Part shown: one piece after another, positions 55,617 to 64,000 of the stretch | Position numbering within the stretch: position 1 is the stretch's first letter | Layout: the number at the start of each line of letters is the position of its first letter | Origin: Gemmatimonadota bacterium | GTDB lineage: Bacteria; Gemmatimonadota; Gemmatimonadetes; Longimicrobiales; Gaopeijiaceae | Length of the DNA stretch: 64,000 nt | Assembly: GCA_034521595.1 (NCBI GenBank) | Contig: JAXHMG010000003.1 | Span: 1,472,001-1,536,000, forward strand | Direction of reading: 5' to 3' | The notes under the pieces: generated by a model | The model's input: only the letters and a program-made list of their open reading frames with translations | What the model was told of the DNA's origin: nothing | Databases searched by the model: none | Program-made: the position numbers and the translations under genes

Positions 55617-55955
55617 TCACTCGCAGCATGACACGCGACCTTCCGGGGCCGGACGCCACGTCTCGGTAGGCGTAACGTCTCCCAGGAAGGCCCGCATCTC
55701 TTCGAGCGCCTCCGGCACCGCCGAGTAGTAGACCCAGCGACTGTCTCTCCGGTCCCTGACCAACCCCGCGTCCTTGAGCTTTTTGAGGTGGAACGACAAG
55801 CGCGACTGCGCCACGTCGAGGTCGCCCTGAAGCTCGCACACGCACCGCTCCCCGCTCGCGAGGAGTTGGAGGATGCGAACGCGGGTTCCCTCACCCACCG
55901 CTTGGAAACGCTGGAGGAGGAGATCGTTGGACAGGATATCGTGCGGCATGGCCAA
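55617..55955 (-). CDS. arsR: ArsR family regulator
   Basis: ERCVCEL, QSRLSFHLKKL, WVYY; C-terminal CC. Confidence 0.9.
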   Translation of the reverse strand: MAMPHDILSNDLLLQRFQAVGEGTRVRILQLLASGERCVCELQGDLDVAQSRLSFHLKKLKDAGLVRDRRDSRWVYYSAVPEALEEMRAFLGDVTPTETWRPAPEGRVSCCE

Positions 55956-55961
55956 CGATAC

Positions 55962-55977
55962 ATCAACGACGGTTGAT
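55962..55977. promoter_or_regulatory. Palindromic operator ATCAAC-N4-GTTGAT upstream of arsR
   Basis: Same palindrome as 55573-55588. Confidence 0.65.
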
Positions 55978-56038
55978 GAGCAACGTCCGCCCCAAACGCC
56001 TCGACGATCGCGGGCGCCCTGTCCCCCGGCTCATTCGG

Positions 56039-56452
56039 TCAGCCGAGCAGGCGGCGCATCTCCTGGCCGTGCTCGTCCTCGTCGGCCGCTTGCTCCTCCA
56101 TCTTCATCTTCAGGGCGATGAGCCCTTCCTGTTCCGCGAGCGAAGCCAGCCGCACATAGTTCTTCGTGTCGATGGTTTCCTCGCTGGCGTCGTTCTCGAG
56201 CATGCGACGCACTGCCTCCGGCGGCGGACTGAGGTCCGGCTTCAGGCTCGGCGCCCCACCCAGCGCTACGATCTGGTTCGCCAGGTATTGCGCGTGCCCT
56301 ACCTCGTCCAGGACCTCTTCCAAATACATCTCGCGTACGGCCTCGGCCTCGGCGCCGCTGATCGACGCCGCCTGGAGCATATAGCGGAGAAAGGTCGTGA
56401 CCTCTCGGTTGAGTTGGTCGTTGAGCGCTTGGATGAGCTCGTCGCGAGCCAT
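56039..56452 (-). CDS. Ferritin/bacterioferritin-like protein
   Basis: E..Y, DEVGHA, E...Y, DEDEH di-iron motifs; GGAGG-like RBS. Confidence 0.8.
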   Translation of the reverse strand: MARDELIQALNDQLNREVTTFLRYMLQAASISGAEAEAVREMYLEEVLDEVGHAQYLANQIVALGGAPSLKPDLSPPPEAVRRMLENDASEETIDTKNYVRLASLAEQEGLIALKMKMEEQAADEDEHGQEMRRLLG

Positions 56453-56604
56453 GGTGTCCTCCTGAGGGATGAAAGTCGAAGTTGAAGGCGTTACGCATCC
56501 GCGCACGCCGGTGATCTGCGTCCCTCACGGTTCTTTCGCAATTACGTTCCTCCCTCCGCAAGGCTACGCGGGCCCTACCACACCGCGTGAAAGAGGCCTC
56601 GGCG

Positions 56605-57435
56605 CTAACGCTCCCCTTTCAACTCCCCGGCGATCGCGTCCGTCGCGATCCTGTGACCGACCCAAAAGCTACCGAATTCGCCGTAGACCGACGTCACCTC
56701 GTCGTAGCGCATGTCGGTGACCAACTCCTTGAAGTGCAACGGGTCGGGCGCGAAGAGCGTCACGGCCCACTCCCAGTTGTCCAGCCCCACGGAGCCGGTG
56801 ACGATCTGGGACACTTTGCCCGCGTAACCCCGCCCCGTGTGGCCATGCTCCTGCATGAGCCGGGCTCGCTCGGCCAGAGTCTGCGTGTACCAGTTCTGCT
56901 CCACGTTGCGCCGCTTGTTCATCGGGTAGAAGCAGACGTAGGGCATGTCGTCGGGCTGCCGGGGATAGAGCCGGCGCTGGGTATAGGGCGTTCCGAGCTG
57001 CTCGGCGAGGAGCTCGTCGACCATCTCCTTCCACGGCTCCGAACCGAGCTCGACCCCCTCGCGCTCCGCCCGCTTGGCGAGGCCGAGAGTGTGCCCGTAC
57101 AGCCCGAGCTCGACCACGGACACGTAGTCCCCGGTGACCACCAGATCCTGGCTCGACGGATGGAGCCTGAGGGTACGCTCCGCCTCTCCCAACTGGTCGA
57201 GGCTCGGCCGGAGGTGGAGGAGCATGTAGTCGTTTCCGCCCCCTACGACCCGGTACAGGGCACTCCAACCGCCATCCCCCAGGTCCTCCCAGTCCGCAAG
57301 CGTCGCGGCGAGCTCGTCGAGGCGTTCAGCCCTGCCTTCGTCCCCGTCACCCTCGAAGGATAGCGTGACGTCGGCGAATTGGGTGAGCATGTACCAGCCG
57401 TGGAGGGCGAGCGGGGGAATGATGGCGTCGGACAT
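56605..57435 (-). CDS. Chlorite dismutase family / coproheme decarboxylase (ChdC/HemQ-like)
   Basis: YVSVVEL, FYPMNKRR..NWY, MQEHG..GR.Y, GLDNWEW, MRYDE. Confidence 0.85.
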   Translation of the reverse strand: MSDAIIPPLALHGWYMLTQFADVTLSFEGDGDEGRAERLDELAATLADWEDLGDGGWSALYRVVGGGNDYMLLHLRPSLDQLGEAERTLRLHPSSQDLVVTGDYVSVVELGLYGHTLGLAKRAEREGVELGSEPWKEMVDELLAEQLGTPYTQRRLYPRQPDDMPYVCFYPMNKRRNVEQNWYTQTLAERARLMQEHGHTGRGYAGKVSQIVTGSVGLDNWEWAVTLFAPDPLHFKELVTDMRYDEVTSVYGEFGSFWVGHRIATDAIAGELKGER

Positions 57436-57554
57436 CGGCGCGTCGTCGTCCTGTGGGAGTCACTGATCGGGGGGCCCGCTCCAACGCACACGACGTCGGA
57501 GCGGCCACTGCCCGAAAGCTATCATCTTCAGCCCACCTCGCATCCACCCGCGTC

Positions 57555-57917
57555 TCAGCCTCCCCGCACCAGCACCAGCGTCTCGGCGGACGACGCGACG
57601 ACGAGGCGATCGGGAAGGTCTTCGAACGTCCCGGTGTAGTCGGTGCCGTCGCTGGTCGTGAACCGTACCTCGCCTTCTGCCCAGCTCCCGGTGAGGGTGT
57701 TCACTTCCTCGCCTTCGACGAACTCCGTTCCCTCGAAGCTTCCGTGGGTTTCCCCGTCGTCGGTGGATTCGAAGCTGAAGTCCCGGTCCTGGTCCTCGAC
57801 GCCCCAGGTGTTGGTGATGATGAGGGCGGGGAGGACCACCGCCGTGGCCGGGTCGCAGCCCGGCGTGCTCAGGGAAAGCCCGCCCACCAGGAGCCATGCC
57901 GTGGTTCGCATTCGCAT
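57555..57917 (-). CDS. Hypothetical lipoprotein
   Basis: Signal peptide with TPGC; GGAGG RBS. Confidence 0.55.
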   Translation of the reverse strand: MRMRTTAWLLVGGLSLSTPGCDPATAVVLPALIITNTWGVEDQDRDFSFESTDDGETHGSFEGTEFVEGEEVNTLTGSWAEGEVRFTTSDGTDYTGTFEDLPDRLVVASSAETLVLVRGG

Positions 57918-57967
57918 CGTTCATCCTCCATCCACTGGGCTCCCGCCCCGCCGACCCGACCGGGTCG

Positions 57968-58963
57968 CTAAGGCTTCCGGAGCGCTTCGAGCAAGGGTGG
58001 CACTTCGGCTTCCAACCGAGCCAGAAGAGGCTCCAGGCGGTCCAGGGCTCCTACGACCTTCTGCCTGGCTCGGCGCAGCTCGTCGTCGTCCGTGGCACCG
58101 CCGTTGTACTCCGCCTGGATCACCAGGAGCGGCTCGCGCAAGGTGAGCACGGTCCGGTGAAAGTCCCCGTGGATCCGGTCGAGAACTTCGGACAGCTCCC
58201 GGGCCACGCTCGAGTCGCCGGACCAGGCCCGACGAACCTCGCCGGGGGCTTCGCCCAGGCCTTCGTCCAGCGCGGCGTATCCGTCGCTGTAGGCCGCCAT
58301 GGCATTGTAGAGGGCCAGGAAGTTCGCCTGGCTCATGGACCGGGAGACATCGATGAGCCCGAAGGCGTCCACGAGGTCCCGGCTCGTCCTCAGGTAGCTT
58401 CGCAGATACCGGCTGACCCGCTCACGAAGCTCGGCGCGGTCGGCTCCCGCCACCGCCCGCCCCACCGCGCCCTCCGTCAGGTCCGCGATGCGGACCACCA
58501 GTCCGTCCAGCTCCGATCGGAGCACGTCCTGGATGTCGGACTCCGACACGCCTCGGAGCTCCAGTGTCTCCCGGAGAGCGCGCAGATCCCGGCCGATCCG
58601 GTCTTCCACCGCCTCCCCGATCCGCCGTCCCACGACCACGGCGGCCACCGTGCCGGGATCCCGGGGAACGGGCGTGCGCCCGTCCGGCGGGTAGAGGACC
58701 TCGAGCTCCGGATCGCCCACCACCCGGAGCGTCACCTCATTCGGCTCGCCCTCCAGAGGATGGCTGAAGAGGCCTCCGTCGCGGATGACGACTTCCGGCG
58801 GATGGCCCACGACGACCAGGCGCACGTCCGCCGCGGCTTCGCCGTTCCGCTGGAGGAGCTCTCCCCGGAGCGTCGTGGTCTGGGCGCCTCCCGGCCGCAC
58901 CCAGCTCAACGTGAGGGTCAGGGCCAGCCCGATCGCGCCTCGAAGACCGACGGCATCCGGCAT
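57968..58963 (-). CDS. Hypothetical secreted protein
   Basis: Signal peptide, beta-rich N-domain, helical C-domain; high-GC codon frame. Confidence 0.55.
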   Translation of the reverse strand: MPDAVGLRGAIGLALTLTLSWVRPGGAQTTTLRGELLQRNGEAAADVRLVVVGHPPEVVIRDGGLFSHPLEGEPNEVTLRVVGDPELEVLYPPDGRTPVPRDPGTVAAVVVGRRIGEAVEDRIGRDLRALRETLELRGVSESDIQDVLRSELDGLVVRIADLTEGAVGRAVAGADRAELRERVSRYLRSYLRTSRDLVDAFGLIDVSRSMSQANFLALYNAMAAYSDGYAALDEGLGEAPGEVRRAWSGDSSVARELSEVLDRIHGDFHRTVLTLREPLLVIQAEYNGGATDDDELRRARQKVVGALDRLEPLLARLEAEVPPLLEALRKP

Positions 58964-58966
58964 CGC

Positions 58967-59837
58967 TCAGGACCCGAAAAGGAGGGTCACGGGCGTGCCG
59001 GCCGTGACCGGCACCTCCGTGTTGAAGCCCACCGTGTCACCCCGGGTGCCGATCACGGACAGGCGACCTCCGGAAGGGGGCTCGAGCGCGACGCCGAAGT
59101 TGCCCAGCGCGTCCGTCGTGTCCACGGCGATCCCGCTCCCGAAGCTCAGAACCACCCCCGCCACGGGTGCGCGGGTCTCCCGGTGCAGGACCGTGCCGCG
59201 GAGCTCTCGGAGCGTGGAGCGGGTCCTGAGCGCGAGACGGATGACGCCGTCGGCGGGCACCTCTTCGACGACATGACTCGCCGACGTGAAGCCTTCGGCG
59301 TCGGCCGACACGGTGACGCCCGACGCCGTGGGGGGCAGGCCGAGGAACGAAGCTTGCCCCGTGGCGTCGGTCATCTGCACGAGGCGCTGGGGGCCCCAGT
59401 CCAGTCGCACCTGGGCACCGCCGACCGGACCGCCTCCGTCTTCCGGCGACCGATCGACGCGCACCGCCACCGAACGGAGTCCGCCTTCGGGGACGAGGAA
59501 GAAGCCGCCCACGACCACCATCGCCGCAAAGGCCGCCGGACCGGTGAGCGTGATGTCCCGGGGGCTCTTTCCCTGGAAGGTGGCCGTGGACTTCATGGCG
59601 CCGAACGCGAAGGCCGCGGCCGACATCCCCAGGGGGACGAGGAGGACGTAAAATACCCGGTGGTCCAGGCCCGCCGCCACGATCCGATCGGCCCCGTAGA
59701 CCAGCAAAAGGAGGAGACCCACCGAAACCGCGAGACCCGCGGCGCTCACCGTCAGGTACGTCCGGGGCTCGAGCGGCTGGGGCCTGGAATTCGCCTCGCC
59801 GCTGCCGGAGCGCGCCACACTCGAAGGATCGGAACTC
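58967..59837 (-). CDS. Membrane protein with carboxypeptidase-regulatory-like (Ig) repeats
   Basis: 3 TM helices, then PVGGAQV..TDATG and PVAGVVL..TDALGNF repeats; start MSSDPS. Confidence 0.6.
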
Positions 59838-59929
59838 ATCACCCCTCCGGTCGAGGGCTGTGGCCGGACGCTCCGTCGACCCCGTGCCGCGTTCGCGACC
59901 CGCCTGAGCACAAAGTGCACCGCGGACTC

Positions 59930-60780
59930 CGTTTGCGCCAGGAGGGCGAGGGCGGATCGACAGCGATGAGCTCGGTCTGCGGCGCGCCTCGGGCGGGCGA
60001 GATGGGTGGCGGGTGTTCGGGGATGCGCAGATGCCGGAGGAGGGGGCGTACGACCGCCGGGTCGGTGAGAAAGGCGAGGATGCGCATCTGACCGTGACAG
60101 GCCAGACAGCGCAGCGGGTCGATCTCGTAGACGCGCGCAAGGAGCTGGGCCCAGCGACGGCGGGGGCCGCGGTCGGGCCCGTGATCGCACACGGAGCCGG
60201 GTGCGGTGGCGTCCCCAGCGGGCTCCGAGCTGGATGCCACCTCCTCCGCGTCCCGCCGCTGGAGGATCGGCGTGAGCGCCCGTGCACGCTCGGCGTCCAG
60301 CCCTACGGCCGAGTGGAACTGGAGCGGAGCGCCCTCCTCGCCGTGCTCCCGCGCGAACAGACCATCGGTGACCGCCACGTGGAAGTGAGGGTGCGGATTC
60401 AGGCCCGACCCGAAGCGGTGCAGGAAGGACACGGCGCCGAGGCGGGCGTCGGACGCGGCGCCTCGGACGGAGTCGCGAAGCTCGTTCCTTATGACCCGAA
60501 GCAGGATGCGCAGCACGGCGCCTGCCAGATCCGAGTTCCGCAGGAGGTGCGGACGCAGCCGCTTGGGTACGGACAACACCCACTGACGTATCGGTACGGC
60601 CGGTACCACGCTGTCGCTCAGGTGGGCCGCGACCTCGACCATGCGCCGATTCGTACACGACGGGCAGACACATCTCCCCTTGCAGCTGAACGCCACCAGC
60701 CGCTCCTGCCCGCACTCGGTGCACCGCGCCCGAGCGAAGCCGAAGGATCGGGGTCGGCCTCGCCGTCGTCGGCGGCGGGC
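59930..60780 (-). pseudogene. IS91-family (Y2/HUH) transposase remnant
   Basis: CTECG..VAFSCKGRCVCPSC Zn domain, HPHFH HUH motif, WAQLLARVYEIDPLRC C-terminus; central catalytic Tyr region and N-terminus appear missing. Confidence 0.75.
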
Positions 60781-60873
60781 TCCTGCTGGCACCTGTGTCG
60801 AGGTCATGAGGCGACCGGGCGGCGGCGTCGCCCGGGTCTTCCGCACGATCGGTACAGCGGAGGAGGCTTGGTC

Positions 60874-61542
60874 CTACGGCTCCGGCGAGGAGGACCTCAT
60901 GGATCTCAGGCCGGCGGCCAGATCTTCCGCCAGGACGCCCAGGCCCGCATCCAGCAGCGTCACCAGGCTGTTGTAGTCTCCCACCGTCCAGTTGTCCACT
61001 CGATAGTCCGTCGTGCCCCGGGTGAGTACCCTGCCGTCCTCCGGGCGGATGATCTCCCACGTCGCCACCACGTGGACCCCTCCCTCGAGCGTCGCCTCTT
61101 CCTCCGGGAGCTGACCCTCGAAGCGCAACACGTGGAGTTGGATCAGGTAGTCGTGCCGTTCGCGGGGCGCCCACGGAGCCACGTCGACGGCGCGGAAGGT
61201 CCCCTGCTCGAACAGGTGTCCGGCCACGGCTCGGTTGATTCCCTCGCCGAGATGCTCTCCCCACCGGTGAAGCTCGGTGAGGCCGATCTGATGGGGTCCC
61301 CGGCGCACCACGATGAACGGGACGTCGAGGTAGGACGCGATCTGAGGCCGCCGCAGCGCGATCGCGAGGTCCGCGGAATCGCGGGGCTGTGCCGCAACCT
61401 CGTGCGAATGTCCTCCCTCGAGCACGTAGTGCTGTATGGGTGGGGCGCCTCGGTTCAGACCGAAACACCCTGAGGAGCCGAGCAACGTAGCCAAGCAGAC
61501 CAGCCACGTCGCCTTCATCCGGTACCGCGTCTTGTCATCCAC
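60874..61542 (-). CDS. PqiC-like ABC transport auxiliary lipoprotein
   Basis: Lipobox SSGC, YLD, HRWGEHL; last gene of the Mla-type operon. Confidence 0.8.
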   Translation of the reverse strand: MDDKTRYRMKATWLVCLATLLGSSGCFGLNRGAPPIQHYVLEGGHSHEVAAQPRDSADLAIALRRPQIASYLDVPFIVVRRGPHQIGLTELHRWGEHLGEGINRAVAGHLFEQGTFRAVDVAPWAPRERHDYLIQLHVLRFEGQLPEEEATLEGGVHVVATWEIIRPEDGRVLTRGTTDYRVDNWTVGDYNSLVTLLDAGLGVLAEDLAAGLRSMRSSSPEP

Positions 61543-62518
61543 CTGGCGCTCTCCCTCTGATGAGCATGTCGGGGTTCTGCTCCATCGAAAGCACGAGCGC
61601 GCGTAGCGCGTCCGCAGCGTCCTTCAGGCTGGCCATTGCCCCCTCCATCTGATATCCGATCCCCGAATCGGAACCCAGGAACCCACGCGTATCTTCCAGC
61701 GCCTGTCTCATCGTCTGCAACGTCAGCACCACTTCTTCATTCGTGTCTTCCAGCCGGGCCTGAAGCGGATCGATCATCCCGCCGAGCCGCTCCGCCATCC
61801 GCTCCATCTCGCTTAGGGTGCTCGTCGTCTGCTCGGCGATCCGCGGGACCTCGTCGAGCGCAACGCGCAACTCCGGGGCATCGGCCAGCCGTTCGACGGC
61901 CCGGGCCGAGGCCACCACGGTTTCGTTGATCTCCGCCATGTCCACCTCCTCGAGGATCTCGTTCACGCGGAAGAGGATCGCCAGCACGTCCCCGACGAGG
62001 CTACCGGCCTGGGTCCCGAACGCGGCGAGCATCGAAGGAACCGTCGGGATCTCCGGATAAACGGTCTGAGCGCGTCGGAGCGCGGCCGGCGCCGCGTCCC
62101 GACGGTAGGTGAGCTCGACGTAGAGCTGACCCGTGACCACGCTTTCCATCTGCAGCTGGGCCCGGAGACCGTCGGCGATCTGCTGCCGCAAGACGTCCGG
62201 ATCGTCGAGTTGGACGAAGGTGCCGCCCGCCGACGTGAGGCGGGTGAGATCGATGTCGTACTGGACCGGAACCTCGAAGGTCTTGTCCACCAACTCGATC
62301 TGGATGAGCAGGTTCGTCACCTGCCCGACCGGCACCCCCTGGAACTTCACCGGGGCGCCGACCTCCAGGCCGTTCACCGACTCTCCGAAGTAACTGATGA
62401 AGGTCGACTGCTTGCGGAACAGCGAGCCGGAGGCCAGCGCGCCGACTCCGATCACGGAGAGCAGGATGGCCCCGATCATGAACAGACCGATGGCGGTAGG
62501 GTTGGCGCGGGCGCTCAT
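61535..62518 (-). CDS. MlaD/MCE family protein
   Basis: ESVNGLEVGAPVKFQGVPVGQV, LRAQLQ..VTGQLYVEL. Confidence 0.9.
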   Translation of the reverse strand: MSARANPTAIGLFMIGAILLSVIGVGALASGSLFRKQSTFISYFGESVNGLEVGAPVKFQGVPVGQVTNLLIQIELVDKTFEVPVQYDIDLTRLTSAGGTFVQLDDPDVLRQQIADGLRAQLQMESVVTGQLYVELTYRRDAAPAALRRAQTVYPEIPTVPSMLAAFGTQAGSLVGDVLAILFRVNEILEEVDMAEINETVVASARAVERLADAPELRVALDEVPRIAEQTTSTLSEMERMAERLGGMIDPLQARLEDTNEEVVLTLQTMRQALEDTRGFLGSDSGIGYQMEGAMASLKDAADALRALVLSMEQNPDMLIRGRAPGG

Positions 62519-63324
62519 GGCTGGGGTATCCGGATAGGCTCGTGGTTGGATGCTGGCGGCGGGTGACCGTCGGCTTCGCTGCTGCGCGTAAGAAATCGGC
62601 GCACTTCCTCGCTGGGTGGGTTGTCCCTTAGTTCGGAAGGGCTTCCGAGCGCGGTCATGGTCTTCTCCTTGATGTCCAGGAATAGCACTCTGTCGGCGAT
62701 CTTGAAGATGCTCGCGAGGTCGTGGCTCACCACGACGATCGTGGTGCCGAAGCTGCTACGGATCTGCAAGATCAGGTCGTCGAGGCGGCTCGCCGTGATC
62801 GGATCGAGTCCGGAAGACGGCTCGTCGAAGAAGAGCACCTCCGGGTCCAACGCCATGGCACGGGCGAGGGCCGCGCGCTTGCGCATCCCTCCGGATATCT
62901 GGACGGGATAGAACGTCTCGAAACCGCGCAGCCCCACCAGTGCGAGCTTCAGTGACACGAACTCGGCGATGGCCTCGGGGCCGAGGTCTGTGTACTCCTC
63001 GAGCGGTAGGGCCACGTTTTCGGCGAGCGCGAGTCCGCCCCGAAGCGCGCCGTTCTGGTAGAGCACCCCCATGCGGCGCAACATTCCTCGCTTCGCATCT
63101 TCGTCGGCCGCTCCGAAGTCGTTGCCGTCGAACAGGATGGATCCTTTCGCGGGCTTCCTGAGCCCGATCAGGTGCTTCAGGAGGGTGCTCTTCCCGCTCC
63201 CGCTCCCGCCCGCGATTACGAAGACCTCTCGCCGGCGGACATCGAAGTCCAGCTGCTGCATGATGACGTGCGTCCCGTACGCCATCGTCAAGCCTCTGAC
63301 TTCCACTGCCGGATTCTTGGTCAT
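62515..63324 (-). CDS. MlaF-type ABC ATP-binding protein
   Basis: GGSGSGKS, ISGGMRKR, FFDEPSSGLDP. Confidence 0.92.
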   Translation of the reverse strand: MTKNPAVEVRGLTMAYGTHVIMQQLDFDVRRREVFVIAGGSGSGKSTLLKHLIGLRKPAKGSILFDGNDFGAADEDAKRGMLRRMGVLYQNGALRGGLALAENVALPLEEYTDLGPEAIAEFVSLKLALVGLRGFETFYPVQISGGMRKRAALARAMALDPEVLFFDEPSSGLDPITASRLDDLILQIRSSFGTTIVVVSHDLASIFKIADRVLFLDIKEKTMTALGSPSELRDNPPSEEVRRFLTRSSEADGHPPPASNHEPIRIPQP

Positions 63325-63331
63325 GACGGCC

Positions 63332-64000
63332 TCAGATCTCGAGCAGGGCGGCCGTCCAGTCGATGACGGCGTTGGCGAGGATGATCAACGTGATGCCCGT
63401 GACCACAGCGGAGGTCGCCGCTCGCCCCACGGCTCCGGCGTCGCTGCCCGTCTGCATGCCCCGCATGCAGCCGGCCACGCCGATGATCAGACCGAAGACG
63501 GTGCCCTTGAAAACGCCGAGGAGCCCGTCGGCGAGGGTGATCGGCGTCAAAAGCCCTCCCACGAACTGGGTGGTGGTAAGATCCAGCAGGCTGACCGCCA
63601 CGATGAGCCCGCCCACGATGCCGATGAACATCGAATAGACGGTCAACAGCGGCATCATCACGAACAGGCCCAGTACGCGTGGCAGGACGAGGTGCTCCAC
63701 GGGTGACAGCCCGAAGGTCTCGAGGGCGTCGACCTCCTCCGTGATCTTCATGGTTCCGAGCTCGGCGGCGAACGCGGCCCCCGTGCGGCCGGCCATGATG
63801 ATTCCCGTCATCAGCGCTGCCATCTCGCGCAGCATCCCGAAGCCGACGAGGTAGGACACGTAGTAGCCGGCGCCGAAGCGGCGCAGCGTCACCGCTCCGA
63901 GAAAGGCGATGATCAGCCCGACGAGAAAGCTGATCAAGGTGACGATGGGGAGTGCGCCCGAACTGTTCGATTGCACCACCGACCAGAAGTCCCGCCAGCG
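63332..64000 (-). CDS. MlaE-type ABC permease (5' end beyond window)
   Basis: REMAALMT..AGRTGAAFAAELGTMK..EEVDAL, VGRAATSAVV. Confidence 0.9.
   Translation of the reverse strand, partial: RWRDFWSVVQSNSSGALPIVTLISFLVGLIIAFLGAVTLRRFGAGYYVSYLVGFGMLREMAALMTGIIMAGRTGAAFAAELGTMKITEEVDALETFGLSPVEHLVLPRVLGLFVMMPLLTVYSMFIGIVGGLIVAVSLLDLTTTQFVGGLLTPITLADGLLGVFKGTVFGLIIGVAGCMRGMQTGSDAGAVGRAATSAVVTGITLIILANAVIDWTAALLEI

Noticed and set aside
48363-56000. Arsenic cluster as part of the tRNA island
   Set aside because: It lies outside the direct repeat, lacks the island's frameshifts and has no mobility gene or bounding repeat that I could find.
56039-57435. Ferritin-like and ChdC genes as encapsulin cargo
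   Set aside because: No encapsulin shell gene in the window and no evident C-terminal targeting peptide.
58967-61507. 846-aa ORF as a single protein
   Set aside because: Only the last ~290 aa look like a real protein; the upstream part overlaps pqiC and the IS91 relic in other frames and is Arg/Pro-rich noise.

Overview
High-GC bacterial window (Gemmatimonadota-like by gene content; inference) in three blocks. (1) 1-17.5 kb, intact host genes: a sucrose-metabolism cluster headed by a PfkB-kinase/sucrose-phosphate-synthase/HAD-phosphatase triple fusion, CBS, GGDEF, MarC, msrPQ, recQ, a hybrid histidine kinase and an ArsR-trxA-SulP unit. (2) About 17.6-48.4 kb, a ~30.7 kb island integrated in tRNA-Leu(TAA). 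It is bounded by a 38-bp direct repeat that, unusually, is the 5' half of the tRNA. It has a phage-satellite-like core (tyrosine integrase, Xis-like HTH, primase-helicase, repressor, small terminase), a type I RM system, a TIR-domain gene, IS21/IS110/IS3 elements and a ~14 kb array of gene cassettes. The cassettes are separated by a family of non-canonical attC-like hairpins, and no integron integrase is in view. Cargo includes a graspetide RiPP cluster, GIY-YIG, HEPN-like and cyclase-like genes. Most island ORFs are frameshifted (sequencing error or decay). (3) 48.5-64 kb: an arsenic-resistance cluster (arsR, arsD-AhpD fusion, arsA, OsmC-like, acr3, metallophosphoesterase, arsM, arsR), ferritin-like and ChdC/HemQ genes, an IS91 relic and a Mla/Pqi-type ABC transporter.
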